From positions 2,976,001 through 3,040,000 of the forward strand of contig JAMWBK010000003.1 in assembly GCA_029953675.1 (NCBI GenBank): DNA of 64,000 nt, written 5' to 3'. The stretch is from Rhodosorus marinus CCMP1338. Lineage: Eukaryota; Plantae; Rhodophyta. Shown here piece after piece: positions 24,756 through 36,573 of this stretch. Positions within the stretch are counted from its first letter, which is position 1; every line of letters starts with the position of its first letter. A program made the position numbers and the translations under genes. Under the pieces are notes generated by a model that saw only the letters and a list, made by a program, of their open reading frames with translations, was not told the origin of the DNA and did no database searches.

Positions 24756-24891
24756 CCCACACATGTAACACAAAAATAGCCCTAACCATCCACAGCACTT
24801 GGCTTGTTGTTTATATCCGAAAAGCCACCGGAATCACTCGTTTACTACTCACTCAATAAATTCAGAAAACCGTTTTCGAAGTTTGACATGC

Positions 24892-25632
24892 TCACGCCTC
24901 AGACTCAACGGCGTTAGACATTTTTTCGCTTCTATAAGATAAATAACCTTTCACTAGGAGCATGAGCACGTCCACGCAAAGGAAACCGGCGCAAACGACA
25001 GAGGCGTTACCAACGGATCTGTAAGTATCCTGATAATCTTCAAGCATGCTCCCAAAGCAACCCGGCAGCTGAGGATCCACTGGGGGATCACATGCAGGGC
25101 ACGTTGTGAGATCCGGTTCAATACAGTCGCCGCTGTCGAATCCAGCACATGAGAACTCGTCCTGCAAAGTGCAGACAAGGGCAGTGTCATTCACAACAGC
25201 TTCCTCCCACAGGCGCTGCGCATCAGCTCTCAGATCAGCAGGACTTTCCTCTCCGGCGTACTGTAGTGAAACTATACCGATGTACAAGAGCACACCACTG
25301 AAACCCAACTCAAGGACAACAATGAGCAAGTTCCACCAGAATCCTTCCAGGACTTCGGGCTTCTTCCAGGCCAGCACCTGCCGACCAAAAACGTCCAAGA
25401 GGAGAAGTGTACCGATAATAATCAGCCCGGCCGCTGCACTAGCCACCGGAATGAAGCTCGTTGTCGTGTCCTGATTCTCAAACAATACAGGATCACTCCC
25501 AAAGTCCCTGAACGAGCCAAACCCAATCACGTACAAAGCGATTGCATTCCCTAAAATAAACGCACTCGCAAAAACAGACCAGGAAGGCCAAAATCTTGAC
25601 TTGATGTGTGAGAACTTCACCTTGGACACCAT
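24892..25632 (-). CDS. Tetraspanin-like four-TM protein
   Basis: Four hydrophobic segments, with a large Cys-rich loop between TM3 and TM4: 'VCTLQDEFSCAGFDSGDC...CPAC...PGC'. Confidence 0.6.
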   Translation of the reverse strand: MVSKVKFSHIKSRFWPSWSVFASAFILGNAIALYVIGFGSFRDFGSDPVLFENQDTTTSFIPVASAAAGLIIIGTLLLLDVFGRQVLAWKKPEVLEGFWWNLLIVVLELGFSGVLLYIGIVSLQYAGEESPADLRADAQRLWEEAVVNDTALVCTLQDEFSCAGFDSGDCIEPDLTTCPACDPPVDPQLPGCFGSMLEDYQDTYRSVGNASVVCAGFLCVDVLMLLVKGYLSYRSEKMSNAVESEA

Positions 25633-25873
25633 CCTTCCCTTCACAACACCCAATCCAACGATAGCTTCGAAAACCCCATCCTACTCCTCCCCCCCTCCAA
25701 AGTCCCCTAAATGTCCCCTGTTACCTTGACTGTTTAGGGTACTAAACGGTCAAGGTCCTACCCTACAAAATCTTTACTTTCCTCTATCCTCCCCGCCTCC
25801 CCCTTCCCAACACCAAACCACCCCCCCTCGCGCTAGCAAAGCTTCCCCTCTTTTATACCAGCAAAAATCAAAT

Positions 25874-26028
25874 AGAGTATTCCATCTCTCGTTGAGAGAA
25901 AACTCCTCCAACAACACAAAAACAACTCATCAAGAGAGTTATCCATCCCCCATTGAAAGAAAACTCCTCTTCACAAACAACAACGAATAGAGAAGAGTAA
26001 TCCATCTGCCATTGAAAGAAAACTCCTC
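25874..26028. repeat. Three ~35-bp imperfect repeats (gagt..tccatc...(c/g)ttga.agaaaactcctc) separated by CA-rich linkers
   Basis: Copies at ~25874-25908, 25933-25969 and 25993-26028, period about 59 bp. Confidence 0.75.
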
Positions 26029-27066
26029 ATCCCCTCCAGCTTTCCTAAATACTTGATGACCCTTTTGAAATTAAAAAAATCAACGGGTTTAGTAATCCGT
26101 CAACTCCCGTCGAAACAAAACTCTCCCTCCCCCCCCTCCCCGGTAAAAAAAATCCTGGTACTTAACAAACCTTTTTCAGTTAAAAAATCCGGATCACACC
26201 CGTTAGTTTCTACCCAATGACTTCACGTCCTTCTATTTATTTTCTAAAACATAACATGGAAATGTTTTCTCTTGTGTTTCCTTAAAAATGTCATTGTTTT
26301 CACCTTCCGGATTTTCCACTGCTTAAATATTAACTAATATTCAAGTGCTGAAATTTTTATAAAGACGAATATTAAAATTTATTTCGAATTAACAATATAT
26401 GGCGAACATTCTGCTTAGGGGTAAGGGATGAAGTTGTTTTCTGAATAATGAACAAAAAGGAAGTTTTTTGATGTTTTTTGTATTGAGAGGGGGGTTGGGA
26501 GCGGAGCTTTTTTTTTTTGTTGATGTTGTGGGACGGCGAGTTCCACCTTTGGGACTGTCCCACTTGATAGGGTATTCACGTTTGAGGATCGGATTTGGTG
26601 AGGAGGATGGGAAGATATATGTTTTGTACTATCAGGCCTGGGAAGGGAGAGGGTTGACATGGATGGACTGCCGAGGCGAATGGGGGCATCAGAAAGCGTG
26701 TGATGTACTTTTGTGATTGAGGTCCGAGCGGAACCCCTGGATGGTGCCGTGTGTTTCCCGTTTGCGCGTTGGAAACCCTCCTGTAGACCGAGGAGGGCAA
26801 TCGCCAGTGCCCGCTCCGTGGTTAACGATCGAAAACTTTGGAGGTTAAACCGCTCTTGCTGCTTTTGGAAGATTTTTTGTTGTTTTGGGAGGATGATGAT
26901 TTACTTTCCAGAAACATCGTAATTTTTGGGCTCCGTTGCTGGGGAACGAGAAAGCGAAGATTGTGTGGGTGAGGATGTGGGCTGCGTGCAGACAGTAAAG
27001 GTGAAGCACTCTGCTTGAAATCGAGTTTCAGTGACTTTTTTTGTGCACGTCAGTGCTGGTCGCTCA

Positions 27067-29247
27067 ATGGATGGACTTGAGCTTCGGGCCAGGAGGGATG
27101 CTCAAATTGAGATAGATTCCAAGTTCTCCGCCACACCGGAATTGAACCAGGGTACCTTGCGTGAACTCAGGAAAGATCTTGAGCGACAGAGGACGCTTGC
27201 TGTAGCAGAGTGGGAAGCAGCACGCCGTGTGAAGAATTCAGACCTGGAGTCCGTTGGACTCGCAGCCGAGAATATCGCTGGGGCATCTTCACAAGCACTA
27301 CGTGGCAGAGAGCGTGTAGCGAAAATTTTGTCGGTTTCACCATGGCAGATTAGCTTCCGGATTCAGCAGTCATCACAAGCTCTATGGAACGTCAAACTAG
27401 TGTTGTTCTTGACAAAGTTCTACCAGAATTTGGAAACTGAGCTTCAGTCGCTGCAACAGGCTTGTAAGGACGTCTCCGGCGTCGAGCTCTACACCCTTCA
27501 CAAGCGACTTTTGAGGATTGAGAGGATCGCAAAATCAGCGGCCATCGAATGTGAAGCCTTGCCAGATGAATCAAACCATATCAAGAACGTTTTTGGCCCG
27601 CTTGAGGAACTACGTGAAGTTATCGAATCCGAACTTTGGAATTCCCTACTCGACGCCAATACAAGTTTCAAAATAGACCGGGAAGTCTTAGCATCCGCTG
27701 CGAGAATCATAGAAGCAGAGGAAGATGAGGATAAGTTCTGGAATCAGTACGAACAGAGAGGGAGTGTTTTGCTTAGCAGATCTCTTCGACAGCAGAAGCG
27801 CTTCAAGGACCGTGCGGTGGAAGCACTCATAGGTGGAATTGCCTCTCTAGCTTCAAAGAATCCCGATCGCCGAGGCCGTTACTCTGACTCAGAAGTTAAA
27901 TCCTCCCTCACGAAGCTGTCCGAGCTTGTTTCAAAGATCGGCGACGCGGAACTTATTGGGCGGTGCTTCCCGGAAAGATATGGCATCTCGGAGGTCGTTC
28001 GCGATGAATTTTTCCGTGTCATCGCATCTAGACTCTCTGGTGTCTTCAGATCTGCACTTTCCGACGTCAGCCGTAGTCGTGCGATTAACTGGCTTATTGA
28101 GAACAGCAATCGAATCCGGAAGCACTGGGGCATCGGCCTTCAACTTGAAAAAGAAGACAGATTGCTACTCAGAAACTTCTACTTTTACCAGTTTGAACCA
28201 GTCCTGCAGCGTGAGATCGATCGCCTCTCGAAGTCGGTAAACTTTTATAGGGGGAAAGGAGGTATGAGCAATTATGAGCCTTCTGAGGACATATATACGC
28301 ACGTCCCAAAGCGGATCTTTCAGTTCGTTCGGGCCCAGCTGGAAGCCGGTACGTCCTACGTTCATAAACTTAAGCGACATGTTCGCCCTCACCAACCCTT
28401 CGTTGCTCCTCTTGTAGCCTCTGCAATAGTCAGCGCGGACGACCTACCCAAACTTGTCGGGAAAGCCGCAGCTCTGCTCGAAAATTTTGCAAGGAGAACC
28501 AGGGAAAGCATCGACACGTTCGATACGAGTAGAGGAGCGTACAATGTACCCGTCGTTGTTGCAAACGATTTCTCCCTGTGTGCCTTGTTTACCGAAGACA
28601 TCAGTGACTGGACTTCCTTCTTCGTTCCCGAGCGGCACTTGCATGCGTCCAGTTACTGGATAACCGCTGGAAGACTTTTTCGGGAGACCGAGGAGTTTGC
28701 TAAGGCCAAGCTCTTGGATACCCTGTTTGGGAACATAGGAGGTCAGTTTCAGAAGCTTTTTTCCCCGGTGCGAGGAAAGGAACTTCTGCTGGATGTCGTC
28801 GCGTCTACTCAGAGTTTCCTTGACTCCGTGAAAGCTCGGTTGGTCCTAGGATTGTACCTCGATGTGGCGCTGTCTTCCCTAGCCATGATTACCAACGAGT
28901 ACCTGGCGGTCTTCGCAACCGCGGAATTACGTGACCCTGCCGGGGGTGCGATTATTGTTCAGGTAGAGCACGACTTGAGCCAGCTCGAGACGCTGTTTGA
29001 ACCTTTTCTACATATCAGGCAATTTCAGATCGTTCGTTCCAGCTTGCAATCGACTCGAGACCTTTTAACATGCTCGCCATCCTACAGTGTTATTTCGAAA
29101 GCGTACAACGCGCTCTCGTCACGGTGGACGGTTGACCCTCAGGGTCTGCTGAACGTAGTGCTCGACATACGGCCAGAGTTCGACAAGAAGATGAGACAGG
29201 AGTTGCGCTCATTGTATCAGGGATTGGACATCGACAACAGCAAGTGA
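27067..29247 (+). CDS. SEC6: Exocyst complex component Sec6 (EXOC3)-like
   Basis: Long all-helical ORF with Sec6-type motifs 'AARIIEAEEDED' and 'RCFPERYGI', and 'ANDFSLC'. Single exon. Confidence 0.7.
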   Translation: MDGLELRARRDAQIEIDSKFSATPELNQGTLRELRKDLERQRTLAVAEWEAARRVKNSDLESVGLAAENIAGASSQALRGRERVAKILSVSPWQISFRIQQSSQALWNVKLVLFLTKFYQNLETELQSLQQACKDVSGVELYTLHKRLLRIERIAKSAAIECEALPDESNHIKNVFGPLEELREVIESELWNSLLDANTSFKIDREVLASAARIIEAEEDEDKFWNQYEQRGSVLLSRSLRQQKRFKDRAVEALIGGIASLASKNPDRRGRYSDSEVKSSLTKLSELVSKIGDAELIGRCFPERYGISEVVRDEFFRVIASRLSGVFRSALSDVSRSRAINWLIENSNRIRKHWGIGLQLEKEDRLLLRNFYFYQFEPVLQREIDRLSKSVNFYRGKGGMSNYEPSEDIYTHVPKRIFQFVRAQLEAGTSYVHKLKRHVRPHQPFVAPLVASAIVSADDLPKLVGKAAALLENFARRTRESIDTFDTSRGAYNVPVVVANDFSLCALFTEDISDWTSFFVPERHLHASSYWITAGRLFRETEEFAKAKLLDTLFGNIGGQFQKLFSPVRGKELLLDVVASTQSFLDSVKARLVLGLYLDVALSSLAMITNEYLAVFATAELRDPAGGAIIVQVEHDLSQLETLFEPFLHIRQFQIVRSSLQSTRDLLTCSPSYSVISKAYNALSSRWTVDPQGLLNVVLDIRPEFDKKMRQELRSLYQGLDIDNSK

Positions 29248-29482
29248 GACTTTGCTCCTAGGTCCGCGTGGCAAAGTTGGCAATCTGACGGACCAATTGC
29301 TCTATATATTGATTAACGTTGACAACATCAGCGTGGAGCTCTTCGAACCATAAAAGAGCTCGAAGAGCATGTTGCAAGAGGAGAAGAATTCCCTTCTTAT
29401 GGGGACAAAATACTATTATTTTCTTGGGTTCAAAATTTGTCCCTGTTCCTGCTTATTTTTACTTCGTAACTCGTGGTTTTCC

Positions 29483-32400
29483 TTAACTCGGGGATTGCAG
29501 AAGGTCCAGCAGCCGCCTCAAAGCCATAATCGGTCCGCGGCCAATTTCGTCCCAGGCATCTCCTTTCGTTAGTCTCGTGATAACACTGTAAGCATGAGGG
29601 TAGTCAGTGCGTTCGAGCGCGTCACAGAGCTCCAAGAGTTCCATAACCACATCTCCTCCTAAAAGTCCTTCGTTCAGCTTCTGTAGCAAGCCGCCCAGCT
29701 TTTTCCCGATATCCTCGACCTTTATCTGGTACGATCGACTTGACTGAAGGCTCTGCACATATCCGTACGTCCTCCGAAGAGACGAAACGATCTGTTGGTG
29801 ATCAGGAGGAACAGAGCTCGTATCTGCATCATCGATGCTGACGATCTTCTGGCTCATTGTCCCTCTCGCATCGCTGGCCTGCGATGATTCAGTTTTCAAA
29901 CTCCTCGTGCCTGCAGCAACAATTCCGGCGACTTCCGCCGAAGGCGGTAACTTGCTAGCGGCTCCCGTTCTTCCACTGAGATTCATCGGCATGTCCATTC
30001 CAGGCATCGAGGGCGGCGGCGCAGCAGGCTGTTGCACCATTGGCGGTGGCGCTACTTGCGTAGGGCCGAACGGTTGTGCACCAGTCGAAAAGGAAGGAGT
30101 TGCGGTGGCAATCGATGGCATTTTCGGGGGGGGTTGTACTGGAGGAGGTGGTGCAAGACCTCCCAGTGCACTGTCCTGGCCTGGCATCGGATTCATGGCC
30201 CCTCCTCCCGGTCTCAACTCGTCCATTAAAGAAGATGCAGATGACTGCGACGTTAAAAATGGTCCAGTTGGATTGGCGAATTGTGACGAGCTATTGTTGA
30301 CCAGACTCGGCGGTTTAGAGGGCACAGATGGGATCACCGGCGGAACCACAGCTGGCCTATTGGCAGGTGGTTCGAGGCTGTGTGAAAGACCAGAACCGAA
30401 TCCTTGTCCCATCGCTCCTCCCATCGGCGGTGGTTGATTGAAGTTTGTACCGGGCCCGGGCTGCATCAAATTCGGCGGTGGCGCTGTTGATATTGACGGC
30501 GCATCAGTTCTTCCCATATGTGGCGGTGCAGGAATACTTGGTTGAAGCGGTGGCGGCTGTAAAACGTCATCAGGTCTGGATTGCATCGGAGATTGCAAGC
30601 CACCTAGCGGGGGTGGGACAACCGGTTGGGATGGAGAATATCCTCCCAGTGGCGGCGGGGGTATGGTACTCAGAGAGGCGCCAAGAGAGGGTGACGTCAT
30701 GGTTATTCCCATACCAGCACCAACTGGTGGAGGGCGAGTTCCCCCGATTGGAGGCGGACCGCCGATGCTCATTGGCGGTGGGCCAACGCCCATCGGTGCT
30801 GGTCCAGAAACGGGTGACGGTGTACCACCGTACGCGTGGGGCATCATACCACCAGTTGGAGGACGCTGCATCTGTCCTGGTACTGGTGGTCCTGCGCTTT
30901 GGCCCATTTGTGCATTCTGTGTCTGCCAGCCTCCTCCCGTTGTTGATCCTAGAAGAAATGGTTCAGCATGAGAATTGATCTTTATGTTCGTAACAATAGG
31001 GGTAGGATAAGCCTAGTTCTCTTTGCAGCAGCAACTCACCTGGCATTGGGAAGCCTGGGCCAGAAGGAGTGAAACTGCCCGGTCCTCGCCCGCCATACTG
31101 ACCTTGCCCTCTGAGAGGCACCTCCCCCCATGATCCTTGACTACCTGTTCGCATTGCAGGTCCTCCAGCGGGCTTGTGTTTGTTCCTTTCCTTGGCCTGC
31201 TGGACAGCAATCGCTTTCTCCGCTCGCTGCAGCAAATCTCCCGCGAAACCGAGAGCCCCATGAAAATCACCAGGAATCGGCCGCAGATATTTTGCGGACT
31301 CCTCAAGCGCTCCGTGAGCCGAGAGGATTAACGCCATCTCGTAAAACGCCGCGTTGCTGGTGTTGTCCTCTGCCCTGATTAGGGCTGTATCTCTCTCCCC
31401 TCGGGCCAGCGCCTTTGCAGCCCCGAGCAAACGAATCCTTTTCACCAGTTCCCACACGTCACCTGCTCGGTCTACCCTCTGTCCGGCTCCTCTCTGCTTC
31501 ATCTCGCTAGTTCGAGCCCAGATCTCGGCAGCACCGGCGATGTTCGAAGAGCAAAGATAGCATTCCAGTGCTTCAGACAACCGACCTCTGGTTAAGACTT
31601 CAGCGGCGAGCCTATTGCAGTAATCAATGAAATCATTCGAGGGCATGTACGTCACGAAAATGGCTAGAACCTCCTTCCATGCCTCCTTCGAGCTTAAGCC
31701 ATAGCTAGCAACTGCATCGAACGATGTCTAATTGCGCCGGCAAACACAAAAAAAGGCCATACCACACAACGTAGTTAGCCAGCTGTGTGGAGCGCATGGG
31801 ACCACGGAAAGGAGATACTTACCAAAGGATCCAAAACTGCTTGGAAAACTACACCCAGGATCTTCTGTTGATGGGTGGACAGATATTTCGCCCGTGCTTC
31901 ATCCCAAGCGGTCGGTCCAGCGCAGTTTGCAAGCACAAGAGCATCAGCGGTTCGATCCTCCTCAAAGCATCGTTCCACAGCCCTGCTGAAGTCGCCGGTG
32001 ACAATTGCGTTCCTGATGACACTGTCGATATCTTCCGAGCCATGGTTCCCGGCAACCGTCTTCGGTTCGAGGGAAACCCCACTTGAAAAGTCATCCAATA
32101 GACTCGCATCATCTACATCCCAAGGAGCCGGGCCTTGGATACTAGCTGGCGACTTCTTCGGTGACGGTTGAGGAACGGCAGCCTGTGGGACACCGACTGG
32201 TGGTCTTTCGTTTGCCTTCTCGAATTCCTTCTGCTTTCGCACTCTCTCAACAAACTCTACAATGGGCTCGCTCCGCTCTAGGCCAAGAACGTTTGCGCCC
32301 TCTATTCCTTCCTCAACCTCATAACCCAAATTTTTGAGGAGTTTTCTCCTCGCGTCGATTTCAAACTGGAGCTGAAGGAGAGCCAGACTCGACTCGCTGG

Positions 32401-33772
32401 GGCTCGACTGCATTGCCTCCGCCACGTATTCCCTCGTCGCATTTGGGTCCCGTAGAACTGCCTCCAATCTCTCATTTTCTCCAGCAAGTGTTGAATCCTT
32501 CACCGCACTACAGACGGTAATCTGACCGCCTTGGGCACTCTGAAAACTACAATACTTGTTGCCGAAGGCAAACGATATCCCGCTGGGCCTCTTGAACCAG
32601 TTCGGAGCTCTTTTCATTTCGACGGCTTGTTGCTGCTTCGGCGGCTGACGTACGGACTTGAAGTCGGCAGCTGCCATGTCAAATACGTTCGCGAGGTTCT
32701 GATCGGTATCTCGAGGTACGTGCGGCAAGTTAGGTGCGAGAATACTGTGCACTGACAAGTGGCCATCCAAAGAGGACGTCAAGAATAGACCGGGCAGTTT
32801 GGGACTCCACTGCACATCATACTCCCAATTGGCTCCCGATGGGATCTCACAAAGGACCTCATTATCGTTTGGAGAGAAGCAGACCGTCTTGCTGTCCTTT
32901 CCGCTAGTAAGAACCAGATCTGAGTCATGTGGTGACCAGGATACGGAGAGGATACCACCACGATGGAAACAGAACTCCTGGATCGGCGCCTTGGCGCTCC
33001 TGAGATCCCACAAAACGGCATAGCTCGCATTCACGTCATCTGATGTCACAATGACCTGGGTCGCCTCTTCAGGGTTCCACGCGAGAGACGAGCAACTCGG
33101 ATTCCCGTGTGGGCTTCGCTTTTTGATGACAGGCTTCTTGTCCCTGAGGTCCCACACCACCGTCCATCCAGTAGATGACGTGTTTCCGAAAACGTGCTGA
33201 ACCTTTGGATTCCAAGCGAGGTCCGTTACCGAATCGCGAACGTTGCCCTGCGGCGTTTGAAGCGGAACAATGCTTGGGTTCCCTCCATTTCCGAGGTCCC
33301 ACACGCAAAGGGACCCATCTGCCGCACCTGACGCGAGCATCGCTGGATTGAGCTCGTTAAACTGGAGACCGGCCACTGCACCCTGATGTTGTCGTTGATC
33401 GGGCGAGGTTTGGAAAACAAGACCTCTATATCTATCGCCTTGGTTGCCTCTGCTCAGTGCTTGAACATCCCAAATCTGCACTGCGCCATCCTCCATTCCA
33501 CCAGCAACAAGCCCGAACGAGTCACTCAAATCCTGCGCGATCCCTCCCCAAGATAATCTACTGAATTTTTCCGTTGTCTCAACTGGATGAACCACAGGAT
33601 TCAGTGTCCTCTTCGACATATCTATACTGAAGATTTCCAGATTTCCGCCAGCATCGAAGGAGCTGCTCACGGAGCCACCCAATGTACCGGCTGCGATCAT
33701 GTACGGGTTCGACGATGAAGTGGGTGCCCATGATGCCGTCGACAGGCGCGCGATCTCTGCAATCGCACCCAT
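29483..33772 (-). CDS. SEC31: COPII coat protein Sec31 (WD40 - ACE1 - Pro-rich - C-terminal helical), 3 exons
   Basis: 'VWDLRDKK', 'LWDLRSAKAP', 'VQWSPKLPG', 'RAPNWFKRPSGISFAFG', 'GDFSRAVERC...ADALVLA', a Pro-rich linker and C-terminal 'EDIGKKLGGLLQKLN'. Introns at ~31822-31730 and ~31039-30949. Confidence 0.92.
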
Positions 33773-35342
33773 ATTGTCGCCAGCTCAATGCCGAGCGGGC
33801 TCACACAGCAAACAAAAGGACCGACCCTGAGAACCGATAACAAGACTCGATCCGCCCAATACGTTGTAACCCACAATAAGACAAAATTTCGAAGCTCAAA
33901 GCTCTGAAATCACGGCCACGAAATCCCTCTCAGCATCCCCATCCCACACAAACATAAAACAGAAACCCAAGACACAAAGAACCAGCCCCCCCAACCGCCC
34001 CCTTCCACCAGAAATAACACCAGGAACGAGACAAAATCAAACCACACGGATCTCAATTTTAATTCGTCTCCTTCCTCCACTTACCACCTCCTCGTAAAAC
34101 GATTTCTCCCTTCCAAACCCCAAAATCCTCTCACAGAGCCATCTCTTCCCCTCTAGATATATATATATACAAACCCCCCAGCACCCTCCCCACCCCTTTT
34201 CGGGTCCGAGGCCCCCAAACCTTTCCCAAAAACAAAAAAATCCAGGAGCAGACGGGAAGAATCAAGAAAGGGGAACAAAAGCTCGTTAAAAGAAAATCCT
34301 GTTCTTTGGTTTGATCTAATGATTCACTGTAAAATCGTGCCTCCTCTTCACCCTACCGATGCGTCCTTTAAAACTTTCATCAGATCCCAGTCGACCTTTC
34401 TCACAACAACGCATCCACTCTCCATCGAAACTAGATGGGAAAAGTGACCCTTCTTCTCTCATACCAATAAAACTGATTGATATCCAGTCATTATTAATTG
34501 TACTTTGGAATTTTTGAACATATATTGACTGGTGAAAATTAATTTAAAATATAAATGAATAGATCAATCTTTACGGTTCCAGTTTTTGTAAATAATTTGA
34601 TATAAAAGATTGATATTGGATTTTGAGATGATTTAGCATGTTGGGTATGGGCATCCTGTCGAAGGGGGGTTGCAAGGATTCCTTTGATGACGATTTGTAT
34701 GGAATATATTTTGTACTATGGATAACTTCACGATGATTATTGATTTCTACTTTTTGGGTGGGGTTTGCCACTGGGAATTGGTATAGTAAATGCGGAGGGG
34801 TGCTCCGGAGATGGAATTGGGATGGCAAACAATCTGTTGGGATGGAGAGTTGATCGATGGAGCTTAGTCCTTGGAGGGGATTTGTGCGTGGTTAAGGCGT
34901 ACCTTGAGCAGCTCCATTATCTCTGGAATTCACGGAAATCTCAGAGTCTTTGCATCCCTTCCTACAGCGAATAGATCAACACGGACGGTTTCATTGCTGA
35001 CCCTCTGCAAACCCAACATCCTGTCCCAAGCTGAAGCATCAGTTCAGGCTTTGCTCGTAGAAGTGTAAGATGCCCAGGTAGAATCCCCGTGAGCAAGTTT
35101 TTCCTTTCCAACAGCACGCGCGGTAATTCTGGCGCTGTCCATGGAGCAGCTGCGCGCAGGGTATCTGCTAGATGTGGGTTCATATTCGTGTTGATGAATG
35201 CTGATTGTCCGTGTTGACTGCTGTGTTATTGGACAAGCCCGCTCAAGTCGTTCGCTTGCTTGGTGCGAGTCGTCCTTGTGCGACTTCATGGCGGATGGAT
35301 TGAGATGCGTGTGAGCCCGTTGGTAAAGTTGAGGTTGTGGGA

Positions 35343-36075
35343 ATGAGCGCCACAGCGAGAAAGGCTCTAAACAGGTTTCGCTCCCTCGCAGAAAGGCACC
35401 CAACGGCTTTGACAATCGCCGGGAGTGGGATTTCGTTCGTTGCGGGATGGTGGGGACACCGTGCTCGTCAAGAGCATCGCCAGAAGATCGAGGAGATCTT
35501 GGACAACCTTCAAAAGCGAATGGATGAAGCGCAGAACGATGAGCTCAGAACCACCAGACTTTTCGGATACTCGCAGGAGGACATCAAAACTGTGGGAATG
35601 GTAGCAATTCCCGCCACTATCCTGACGATGGTTGCAGGTGCGCTTCTCGGCTACCGAACGGCATACCCTATGGGCCTCGCGGCTGCCAAAGCTGCTTTGC
35701 CTTCCACAGAACGGGAGCTAGCCAAGATCAAACAAGGAAAGAGAGTTCGCCGCGTGAAGCACAACAAGAAGAATGCTAAGAAGGTAAGAAAGCAAGCAAG
35801 CCAGTGGCTTCGAACACCAGCTTGTCGATAACAACTCGCTATTTCTCGCCACCCATCTCACTTGGGAAAAAGGGCTCGTTGTGGCGTCCAAGACAGCTGT
35901 TCAGAAGGGTCAAAGAGCTACTATCAGGAAGGCCGAAACGCAGGTCAAAGCGACGTGCAGGCCAGAGGAAGGGCAAGGTCATGAAACTAACACTGCGAAG
36001 CTCTTAGGCTCTATCACAAACTCTAAAAACTCCCGCCAGAGCAGAAACCCGACTTTTGAGACCCGGACTACGTGA
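35343..36075 (+). CDS. Hypothetical protein with two TM-like segments and a basic C-terminus (probable intron near 35783-35890)
   Basis: ORF from ATG 35343 with 'ALTIAGSGISFVAGWWG' and 'VGMVAIPATILTMVAGALLG'. GTAAGA donor after NAKK; the 3' exon is uncertain. Confidence 0.5.
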
Positions 36076-36573
36076 GGTACCTATGAAAAGATCCTGGGTA
36101 GATAGTCTCTATCGCTGCAACTCTAACGCTAACTCTAAAGAATAAAAACCCTTCCTCATTGGGGTTGGGAACACTCCATATCCAAAAAGCCTTCAAAATG
36201 TCACTATTCAATCAATCCATTACATTGACTGATCGTTGTTTTAATTTAATTATTTAATATTTTCTAGTCAATATTTATATTGACTGATATATGTGTATGA
36301 CGCTTATATTGCGGTATGGATTCGAATACCGATATTTTACGGCATGGAAAGGGTGCCGCAAACGAGCTGAATTGATAAGATGAGATTCGGTTTGCGGGTG
36401 GTAACTGGGTTGATGTGGGCTGGGGTCGTAGGAGTGCGTTGTGGAGTGGAGAGTCAGGTAGAAGAGCAATACTTTGGTGTAAGAAGAAGGAAGAAAGAGG
36501 ACGAGAGAGGTGTGCCCATTAGCAGTTCTTTATTGTATCTTATTTTTTGTAGTAGGAGAAGAGGGGTCCAACC

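Noticed and set aside
25874-26028. CRISPR array (repeat contains ATTGAAAG, like archaeal repeats)
   Set aside because: Eukaryotic context, no cas genes, only three degenerate copies, conservation continues past ATTGAAAG, and the linkers are low-complexity CA-rich.
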